Below are positions 1 to 10,208 of a stretch of 64,000 nt of DNA, piece after piece. The notes under the pieces were generated by a model, which was not told the DNA's origin, did no database searches, and saw nothing but the letters and a program-made list of their open reading frames with translations. How positions within the stretch are numbered: the stretch's first letter is position 1; the number at the start of each line of letters is the position of its first letter. Position numbers and translations under genes: made by a program. The DNA comes from Geosiphon pyriformis uo1 (lineage: Eukaryota; Fungi; Glomeromycota): assembly GCA_016748015.1 (NCBI GenBank), contig JAAOMT010000046.1, positions 892,697 to 956,696 on the forward strand. The letters are read 5' to 3'.

Positions 1-1045
1 AGTATTACTTCATAAGAAGCTTTGGCTAACCTTGAAACCAAAACTTTCAGTTTGTAAATCCTAGACAACTCCTTGGTAAAAATCTTATCATAGCCCTTAA
101 ACCATTTTTTTTGAAGACATTATTAGCCAAAATAGATACTACTTTGTGAATAGTATTCCACATAGCATCTAGATCTGAATACTTCTTAGATGTGGCAAAC
201 TTATCAGAAAACATAGCAGTATTGGCCATTATAGCATTCTTGAACTCACTTCATGTAACCTTATTAGTATTATTAAAGTCAAATTTCCAGTGATCTCTGT
301 TTGTCTGTTTGCAAAAAGAGTTCAATTGCACATCCAAAAGTCCACCTAAACTTATAGACACAGAGACAGCATGATGATCAGTATTAAAGTGCTTACTAAC
401 ACTCAGAACATTACAGCACAGAATCACATTGACCAAACTCGAAAAAACAAAGATGTAGTTAATTGTTTTAATGACACTTCTTGAATTTTTCCATGTAGAC
501 ATTTTGGTTACTGAACTTTCAGCTAAGGAATTAACTAAACCCAAACTGAAACACTTTTTAAAACTTACACATTTGTAAGAACCATCTTTATTAAAGTTGC
601 CACTAAGGATAATAAAAGTAGACTCATTTGTAGCTTTGACAATAAGAAAGTTAACAGTATCAGCTTGGGAGAAACAAACTGCAGAAGAAGCACTAACATA
701 GAGCCCCAGAATCAAAACAGAAAGTCTATTTTTAAAGAGCAACTTGATAAAGATAAGACAACCAGATACTTCAGAAATTTTACTCACATGTCTTGTCAAA
801 GAATTATTTATAACTATAGCAACACTCGAACCCAAGTAACCAGAATCCAAACCCGAGATAAACACTCAAACACTATTGAATTTGTTGGCAATCCATGGGT
901 GGACTTTTCTTTTCAGCTTTGTTTCTGTAAAAATTGAAACCAGATTGTTTATGTCTTTATGCCAATGCACAATATCATCTTGTTTAGCTAGATTGTTCAT
1001 TCCTCTAACATTGCACATAGCAATTTTTCAAACTAAATCACTTAT
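1..1045 (-). pseudogene. LINE ORF2 N-terminus, apurinic-type endonuclease domain (decayed)
   Basis: ORF 251-865 has ILGLY, ILSGNFN (GDFN), TINYIF (IDYIF) and TDH motifs. Confidence 0.85.
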
Positions 1046-2996
1046 TGAGATGGAAGGGGAGCTGATAAACCCAAACCAGAGCATAAAGAATCCAATCTTG
1101 CCAAAACTGAACTGACCAAAACTTCCAAAGCTAACATCTTCAATTTCAAACCACCTATTTTAGTAGTAAGAACTTTTGAGCTGCTTAAACTTAGGTCAGA
1201 GGTAGCATTATTACTCACTAGAAGAAAATAAGAAAAAAACACTACCACACTATTCACAGCCATATCTAAACTTAAAGCTGAATTCAAAGAAGCAGCAACA
1301 ACAGGAAGAAAGACATGAGATAGAGACGACATCAGCACCAAATCCACAAAGCTCAATTTCCTCAGAATCTTAGAAATCTGGTCTAACAAAAGCTCTAAAA
1401 AGCACTCCAAAGAAGCCATGCAATTAGTCAAACTGGAGTCATTAAGAGAGTTGGAATTTGATACTAAAGGTTTTACACTTAAAAGTGAACCAGCACCAGA
1501 GGAAACTGACAAGACCACATAAAAAGAAGAGCTACCTGCAATCTGAGCCCAAGTTTTTCCACCAAAAGACACTGGATAGGCAACTGGAGCCTGTTTTTTC
1601 TTATAAATATTAGTCAAACAAACCTGATCTTGGAAAAACACCACCCACTTATGACAAATTTCAAAATTTTCATCAACTGAACACACATCAGAAATATGAC
1701 CAAATTGTTTACACTTGGCACAGCAAGCCAAAAAAAGACCAGCCCAGTGCAAATTCACACCCTTATAAACTGAAACAGAACCAATAGCAGCCAATTTAGA
1801 TGTCTTACTATCAAAACAGACTACTGTACATCTATTACAAACATATAAACCAAGATTATGGCCAATAAAGCAAGTTTTTTTACCATAAGAATTCATCAAA
1901 TCTGACAAACCATGAGCAGTAGTGCCAACTAAAAATATATACAACAAAGCCTGATGATGATTCCTGGCCATCCACAATTCCTTGTTATTTAATGCCAATG
2001 CAACACAAACAGAATTTTTATTCACAAGAACTGACCATTTAGAAGCAACTAAGCTAATCACATCTGATAACTCAAATTTCACTAAAGCTTTTTGCCAAAG
2101 CCCAATTAGTTGTATTCTAATTGAAATCACCTAACCAAATTTAGAGAACACTTCAATCACCAATTTGGGAAGATCCACTGGAATCTTTTTGATGATCACC
2201 TCCTGATTTAAATGGCTGTTTACCTTTCTCAGATTATTATTAACAATAATTTTCTTACAGATTGCCAATTTCTTTGCCTTTTTTATACTAAACTCAGATG
2301 TAAATAAAGCTTTGATGATCCCTGAGAATTTTAATAAAGTTGATGCCCCCCCAAAACCATCAATTCGATAGAAAATTTTTTTAATTGCAATCAACTTATC
2401 ACTATTTGTTTTTCCAAGCATGGCAGACAACTCAACATCCAATGTGAACAATTTTACTGACTCAAAGCTCTTTTTTTCTAGAACACATGACTTGATACTT
2501 GGCAGCTGATTAGAACTTTGAAACTTGGAAGACTGGAGCTCCAAAATGTCATTGATGTTATTCATATCATTAAAAGAAAGTTTTCTTGGTGGTTGTCCCA
2601 GAACATACATCTTTATCCGTGTCTTTTTTGGAGTCATATTATCCACCATATTATTAGCTTCAGAATTTCAAAAACCACGTAACTTGTTTCCTTTGCCACC
2701 ATATTGGTTATGTTTTCCAAGTTAGACACTCCACTAACACTAGCATTTTCACTCTTTACTTTACTATCTCAAGACATCTTGCACTCCAAATCACCAGATT
2801 GTAAAACATTGCCAGGAACAGGACCAGCCAATAAATTCACCATACCACTAGGTATATTAGGATTTTTAGATTTCTTGTACAAAGGGCCACAAGAGTATAT
2901 GCTTTCAATATACACTTTCTTTTTATTATTAAACCAGGTCCTCAATCCAGCCAAAACGGAATTAAAACCACCAGCAAAGGAGCCTACTGGTTTCAT
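1042..2996 (-). pseudogene. LINE ORF1 (RRM-like region plus CCHC zinc knuckle), with in-frame stops
   Basis: ORFs 2769-3041, 2131-2649 and 1042-2130; knuckle CAKCKQFGHISDVC; matches LINE-B ORF1. Confidence 0.85.
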
Positions 2997-4199
2997 CACA
3001 ACAAAAGAAGAAAGTTGGAAAAAATAATTAGAAAAAAACAAGGGTAGAAAGGAATAGGACTAATTAAAACTTCTATAAAATATCACTCTTGTCATAGTTA
3101 AGGAATTGACAAGAGAAAGATTATTTAGTTATAGTATTTAAAAAAATTTAAAATATAAATATTATACAAAAAACTATATAAAAACCAATAATAATTTTAT
3201 TAAATATTAAAACAAAAACTATTCACTTAAAAAATTTTTAATAATTAATAATTATTTCTTGAGTATTATTAAATATAATATTATTAAAAAACAAAAAATT
3301 TTATTTTTATTTAATTAATTTAATTTTTAAAATTAAATATTTTAAAAAACAACCAACATAAAAAATTTTTCTCTTTTTTATTTAAAATTTCCTAAAAAGC
3401 ATATTTTGAAAAAAAAGTTTTTTGTTTTTCTGTTTTATACTTTATAATTTCTCAAAAAACTAATCTATTTGTTATTAAATTGGCTGCTATCATAAGTGAT
3501 TTTATAACTAAAAAAAATCTGTTAAAATTTTGGCTTCAAATTTAATTAATAAAAGCTTGATTCAAAAACAGAAAGCATTCTTTGGCAAAATTAAATATTT
3601 GGATAATAAAACAAATTTGAATTTTAGTTAATTAAAACATATTATTAATTAATTTATTAAGATGAATACAAATAAAAATGTGTCCAAAATAATCTCTTTA
3701 AATAGTAATAATAGTTATACAATAAATAGTAAAAATAAAACACAGTTTAATTTTAAAATAAATATCTTCAAAGCCAAAAAAATTTATATTGATACTGTTT
3801 TTGGTTTTCTAATTAATTTTATTAACTATAATATGAATAATAATGAACTTTTTTTCTCTTTTTATCTTTTTATTTATTTTAACAAAAAATAAATTAATCC
3901 AAAAATTACTAAAACTTAAGTAAAAGTATTTATAAGGAAATTTTTTGTTTTGAATATTAATTTCTTAGCAATAGATAACAAATTAGCAATAATAAAAACT
4001 TAAATCATTAAAAATTTTTTTTTAAAAGTTAATAGTATTAAGAAGACTACTATCTTCTCAAAATTTAAAGAGATTATTAAATTAATATTTATTTCTGAAG
4101 AGAGTTTAAATAAAGCTGCATTATTAACTAGTAGTAAATTGATCCAAATAATTGGAGATAGAATTTGCTAAAAAATAGGAGTAAGATTTAAATTGTTTA

Positions 4200-5393
4200 A
4201 ATTTTACTGAGTTTGAACAATTGAAGTTTGAATTTCTAAGTTATTTAGAATTGAGTTTTAATTATTAATTTCCTGATTATTATTTTTTTTTCTTCTGATT
4301 TGGTTTTTTTTCAATTACTGATAAATTTAAAATTTGATTAAGATGACAATAATTGAAATTTTAATGGAATTGTTGATTACAATTTAAATTTTTTAAAATA
4401 ATTGTTATAGGTTTTTAATAGTTTAGATTTTTTTTGATTGTTTTAAAATAAAATTTTTGTAATAGTTGGTTTTGCTATAAATAATGATATAAAATCTAAT
4501 AATATGTTAATAATATTTTTTAGTGTATAATAATATAATAAATATATTGGAAAAACAACTCTGTATTTCTTCTAATTAGGTAATTGTACTGTTTTAGATA
4601 TGTTTATTGATATTTATATTCTGTTTTTGTCTTTGTCTACAAATATAATTGAAAACTTTTGCTAAGTATATCTTTTAATTTCATGATTGATTTTAGTAAT
4701 GATTATAGCAAAATTGTAATTTAATAATAAGCTAATATATTGAAGTAATTTACTATAGAAATTTTTTTTGTTGATTTAAAATCTGTTTTTTTTCTTAGAA
4801 AATATCCAATTTTTATGTTGATATAGAAATTAAAAACTGATTTAATTAAAAAATAATTGCTGATTAATCTCAATTGTTGTTAATATTGTTAAAATAAAAA
4901 TTTGTTGAATTTTAAATAATTTGTTCTTACTACTTTTAATTTTAGATAATTGCTATTGGTACTGGTTCTTTGTTAAATTATATCTTACAGAAAGCACCAA
5001 ATATTACAGATAATTAATTAAGATGTTAAAATAAATAACAAACTTGTAACTTAGTGTTCAATAGTTATTAATAATGTCAATTTCTGAAAACATTTGTAAT
5101 CTGAAGATTTTGGTTAAGTTTTTTATATAATAAACAGAAATTTAATTGATAGTTTCTTTCATGAATTTTTTTTAGTATAGTGACTGGTTTAATTTGACAG
5201 TTATGTCTTTTTGGTAAGCTATTCTTAAGTTTTTTATCCTTGTTTTATAAATTTTTTATTAAATTATTTTTGATGCCAATTACTTAATACTTAATTTCTT
5301 AATCAATTAGTAAACAATAAAGAAAATAAAAATAAAAATAAATAAAAAAAACTTAAAAAAGAAATAAAAAATTAGTATTCTGTTAATAGCCAT
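4200..5393 (-). mobile_element. Degenerate gypsy element E (A-related): gag 5' remnant, PBS and U5 end of its 5' LTR (LTR boundary 5002)
   Basis: 5002-5393 aligns with the reverse complement of the A LTR 3' half. PBS-like TGGTGCTTTCTGTAAG lies at ~4984-4999. The decayed gag aligns with A gag (SAFNFYVNERI region). Left limit is approximate. Confidence 0.75.
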
Positions 5394-5671
5394 TATTACA
5401 GGTTAGAGTAACAAGCTAACAGATAGCAAAAGAGAACAGAATTGTAGGATAATAAAAGAAATCAAAGAGAATTCAACTTTAAAGAGCAAATTAAATAAGT
5501 ATGAATTCAATATGTAAGATCAGTCTCATAAAATATTTCAATTGCTATACTTTTTAAAAGATAACCAGAGAATCTGAAGGTAAAGAGATAGTTTATACTG
5601 TTAACAAATGATTACACACTGGTATAATTTTATGTCTCATGTTAGAACTCTTAAAATTCAATATTAGGTAT

Positions 5672-6530
5672 TGTTACTCATAAAAATATAGGGAATATAT
5701 ATTAGTATAGTTATTAGCCAATCAAAAGTAGATGTAGTAAAATGTGGAATTCCAGAATTTTTCTCAGGAATTGCAGGATTTCAGGAATTACAGAATTCTC
5801 ACAAGAAATTGCAGAATTCCAGAATTCCAGGATTCTTCTTAAAGAAATTGCATGATTCCAGGAAGCCCAGGATTTCTGTTGTGAAGAATTGAGAAATTGA
5901 GGAATTTCAATTATGTATATATAGCAGTAGGATTAGAAGCTGAAAAGACAGACCTCTCAGTTTAGATTTAATCTAAGCAACTCTTCAAATCACAATCATC
6001 TAATAAATAACTATTTGTTATTTCAAATTTATTTCTACTATCAACATAAAGTGTTGATAGTAATTGATACTTAACCACACTAGAACAATAGCTCTTGATT
6101 ATGGCTATTGATGGAAGACTAACTTGCAAATTGCCTTGGCTTATTTCTTTTCTTTCTTTATTTTCTGCTTTGATTTTATTGTTGTTTACTAACTCTATTA
6201 AGGATTAATGCATGGAGCACTGACATCAAGATAAATGTGACTGGTAAAAAACCCAGAAATAAGGGTAGAACACTCAATTAAGGATAGCTTACCAAGAGGA
6301 ATACCAGTCATAAAGCTGAGAAAGAAATTGACAAAACTGCAGTTTTGGGAAGCTACAGATAAAACTATTACCATTGAATTTCTGTTCATTATACAAAGAA
6401 CTCAACCAAACTCTTCGGATACAAAACCTTCAGATACCAAATCTTCAGATCATTGACAATGAGAATAGCTTTGAGCACCAAGTTATGGGTTTGTTATTTA
6501 ATTCAACACCAAAAATTGCCACCTGTAACA
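5672..6530 (+). repeat. 5' LTR of element A
   Basis: Direct repeat of 25464-26341. Contains a CCAAT box (5718), a GGAATT(A/C/G)CA array (5745-5876), TATATATA (5916) and AATAAA (6002). Confidence 0.96.
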
Positions 6531-6532
6531 TT

Positions 6533-6549
6533 TGGTGCTCTCTGTGAGG
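6533..6549 (+). promoter_or_regulatory. Primer binding site of A (TGGTGCTCTCTGTGAGG), tRNA-Ile(UAU)-like
   Basis: Starts with TGG 2 nt after the LTR. Resembles the complement of eukaryotic tRNA-Ile(UAU) 3' ends (...CCUCAC-N3-GAGCACCA); the tRNA assignment is from memory. Confidence 0.8.
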
Positions 6550-6591
6550 TATAATCCTACAGAGAATTAGCACCAACAACCCCATCCAAAA

Positions 6592-9178
6592 GTGGCAGAA
6601 TCAGAAAACATAGGAGTAAACCATTTAGGATTCGTGAAATCTTTATTTCAACATTACTGTCAACACTTGGGATTAAACCATAATCACATATCTGTAGAAT
6701 CAGCCTTCAATTTCTATGTTAATGAGAGAATTGCCTACTTATTGGGAATACCAGTAAACACTGAATCAGCAAGAGAAATTTTCTATAGCAAATTGATCCA
6801 AAATACCAGCTTATCAACAAATTATAATTTCACATCCATTATTACTGAGATCAACAAAGAAATTAAACATCACACCCAACAAAGATATCCAATTACTTAT
6901 GCTAGTAAAGGCAAAAAAAAACTACAAATACTAGCAGTAACACCCAAAAGGATACAACCATCCACTTGAAAGAAAACAAGAATTGAATTACCAACTGCTC
7001 CATCCTATCACTACATACTGGGAAGTGCCATTAATATAACATCAGCAAGCACATCCACATCAAACGCGATATCAACATTTGGACAATTCTCATTCCAAAG
7101 TAAACAAAAAAAAACAGATCTATTAGGACCATATGGCAAATATTTTGAGGGATTTAAATTGCGATCACCAACACCATCAGGAATTCGATTACCGCCACCT
7201 CAACTAGACTTTGGAACCACTACCCCATAAAAATTATCTGAAAAAGAAGAGGAAAAAGAATTGGAAGATCAAGAATTTACTTACCAAAACCTGATCCTTG
7301 AAAACCCGAAATTTGGAACTCTGAACATTCAAACTCAGTGAGAAAATCCAAAAATCAAAACCCCGAATATTCAAGCACCACAAAATCAAAAACCTGAAGT
7401 AATTTATCAGTACTTACCTCCAGTTATCATCATCAATCAACCACCAATAGAACCAATTGGCCAGCCTATCCAAACACTAAACCAACAAAATCAACAACCA
7501 CTCCCAGTACTACCTCAACAACAACAACAACAACTTCCACTATAGCAACAACAACAAATAACATACACACCAATTGCGAAGCTCGACAAATTCACTGGCA
7601 AAAAAGACGATGCACAAGTTTGGCTAAATGATATAGAAAAAGCCATCACAGCCAATGGATGGAATGACACCAGAGCCACACAAGCCATACCCTATTTTCT
7701 CAAGAATACAATAGATTCATGGTATCAAAGTCTGGTTGACAAACCCCAAGATTTCAACACCTTCAAACTAGAATTTTTGAAATACTTTAACAATAACAAC
7801 AGCATTAACAGATTAGCCAACACTTTTACTACAATTAAACAAGGAGAAACTGAAGCAGTTACCACATATCTGGGATGCTTCCATAGAAATCTGCGACAAA
7901 TCCAAGCAATTGATGCTAATTATTTCACAGCGCCACAAATTTTCAATCAATTCATCCGTGGCCTGCATAGTAGCATCCTGCAACACGTATGCCCATTGCA
8001 TCTAGCCACTCTCCAGGACGCAGTTACACACACTAGAGATTTTGAATCTGCCAAATTAGAAGCCAATCATGCCCATGCTGTGAACCTAGTGATGAATGGA
8101 TCATCTAAATTGGATTTCAAATTGAAACAATTTAGTAATTCAATTAATCAAAAATTAGAGAGATACTTAGCTGACAATTGCACAATTTATCAATTACTAC
8201 AATGACACAATAATCCAGGAAATACAAATCATTTCCAAAATTAGTCGTGTCCATCATTATTATCAGCAGCACCTAATCAGCCGTGGCAGCAAAAACACGT
8301 GTTTGCTACAACTGTGGTAAACAAGGACACATAAGAGCAGACTGCAGATTTTATAGTAACAATCCATGATCGGGAAATCAATATTGAAACCCCAATCGTA
8401 GATTTCAGGCTCAGAATTGCTACCCAAATTAAGACCAATATCAAACCACTTACCTGCCAATAACGCAGCAACCAATCTATTAACTGCCAGTATATCAACC
8501 TCAAATTTATCAACCACAGCCATCAGTAATCTATTAGCCACAACTCCAAATAATTTATCAGCCTTAACAACCAATGCAAACACCACCCCAAAACCCCACT
8601 CAAATGACATCAGGAAATCCAAGACCTAAAATCACTCAAAACTGGAGATTGGCGATGGTTGTTCATCAACCAATTCCCAGCTCCTCTCACCAATCATCAG
8701 GCTCTTGACAGTGGAATCCAGGTACTAGTGCCACCCAAAACCCGAATTCCCAGAACTACTTAAGTCTTCTAGTGACTTCAGAAGATGCCCAAACCAACAA
8801 ACCAGAAACCAACCCAATCCAAAAACTTACCAGCAATATACTACCAGCAATAGTCACTGAAAATGAAACATTAGCAGCCATCTTCCCATTTGAGTTTGAA
8901 AAAACCACCCCAGTCCCATTATTCAGTAGAGCCACCTTTGAAGAAAAACCCATTACAGCAATGTATACTAATGCCAAAGTAGATGGCCACTCCATCAAAT
9001 TAATCCTAAACAGTGGTTTAGCAGGCAGTATCATCATGCAACAACTCATAAACCAATTAGGTCGCTGAATTGATCATGCTACTAGTGTTTGTATAATCAC
9101 TGCTAATGGAGTGACCAAAACTCCAATCGGCAAAATTGACAATTTTCCATTCAAAATCAATGGCATTATAATACTTAT
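6592..9178 (+). pseudogene. Element A ORF1, part 1: Gag (capsid-like, CCHC knuckle) and N-half of the aspartic protease
   Basis: Gag motifs QFIRGL and TLQDAVTHTRDFE; knuckle CYNCGKQGHIRADC at ~8304-8345; protease LILNSG (DSG decayed). One frame with many C>T stops. Confidence 0.9.
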
Positions 9179-10162
9179 TGTTATCAGACAAAATTAGAGA
9201 TATTATTTAGCATGAAATTATCTTTATAATTCCTATCATCAATTAGCATATATTATTGTTTCAAATTATCACTTATTACATTAGCAAAATGTCCAAAATT
9301 ATTATTTAATTAATAACCCAATTTGTACATAACACAAATATAACCTAATTGCAATGATCAATCATGCAATACCCCAAACTATGTAACATTCAAAAAGTTC
9401 ACCGAAATTTGTAGAAATTTGCCAAAATAATTGATAGTTCACCAAAATATCTAATAGTTCGCAGAAATAACTTGTAGTTTGCCGAAATGTATCTTTAATT
9501 CAATGAAATTGTAGAAAATAGCAAAGTTTGAGTTCATAAAATAGTGTTATGACAAATTGTATAAAAGAAGAGCTTCTCTTTTCAAGAAAATATATCTTAT
9601 CTCAGATTTATCAATTAGAATCATCCTTTACACACAGAAATGAAATAAATATCAAATAATTCGAAAAATCAAATTCTTAATTATTTTCCTTGAAATTAAC
9701 CAATTCCTACTAAACAGTTTAAAATTGACTAGCTACCAATTTCAGTAAACTGTTAAAATGCTTCCAGGCCTGAATCCAAAACAACTTCTATAAATCATCA
9801 GTTTTACTTTTCCTTTATATTTCTTTTATTCTCTTTCTTTTTTTATTATAAATCATTTGAGTAGCCTACAGATGAGAATTCCTGTAGAAGAGTTGATTTT
9901 CACAGAAAAGTAACTACACATTTTAGTGAGCTTTCAGATAAGCATTTTCTGGAAAAGAGTTGATGTTTACTACAATATAACTACATAAAGCAACTGGCAT
10001 GAAATTGGCCATTCCACTTATAAACCCAGCAGTTCAAATTATAGGAGATAATTTGAAGATAAATTCAGTTACTGGAGGTCCAACTACTTCCTGGAAATGT
10101 GAATTCACAGCAAATCAACATTAACAACATTCGAGAAAAGAGACCAAAAACCTCTGGTAACA
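9179..10162 (+). repeat. 5' LTR of element B
   Basis: TGTTAT...GTAACA; direct repeat of 17829-18812; TATAAAA at 9560. Confidence 0.95.
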
Positions 10163-10208
10163 TTTGGTGCTCTCCCACAAAAATAACACAGTGACAACAA
10201 CTTCAAAA

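Larger units (their letters stand above)
1..3119 (-). mobile_element. Non-LTR retrotransposon (LINE-A), 5' part; runs off the left edge of the window
   Basis: Colinear and highly similar to LINE-B (38243-45143): same 5' end (TTTCTCTTGTC...GAGTGATATTTTAT), same ORF1, and the APE endonuclease start of ORF2. Confidence 0.93.

Noticed and set aside
3120-4200. AT-rich ORF 3662-3892 and similar ORFs (46360-46560, 62356-62833)
   Set aside because: Low-complexity products of decayed repeats; not credible host genes.
5745-5876. Short repeat arrays as a possible CRISPR
   Set aside because: 8-10 bp units without unique spacers, located inside eukaryotic LTRs, with no cas genes.
6187-6203. TACTAAC branch point and pyrimidine tract in LTR A (possible leader intron)
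   Set aside because: The following acceptor is TAAG/TGAG rather than YAG, and I could not assign a donor.
6198-6389. Short ORFs inside LTRs (6198-6389, 26006-26200, 26185-26379, 49649-49846, 59625-60082)
   Set aside because: They recur only because the LTRs are repeats; no recognisable protein, and frames are not conserved between families.
9000-9020. Protease active site reads NSG instead of DSG in A, B, D and F (pseudo-protease?)
   Set aside because: GAY>AAY is the dominant mutation type here and also hits RT (YLDN, FVND); not evidence of ancestral inactivity without a consensus.
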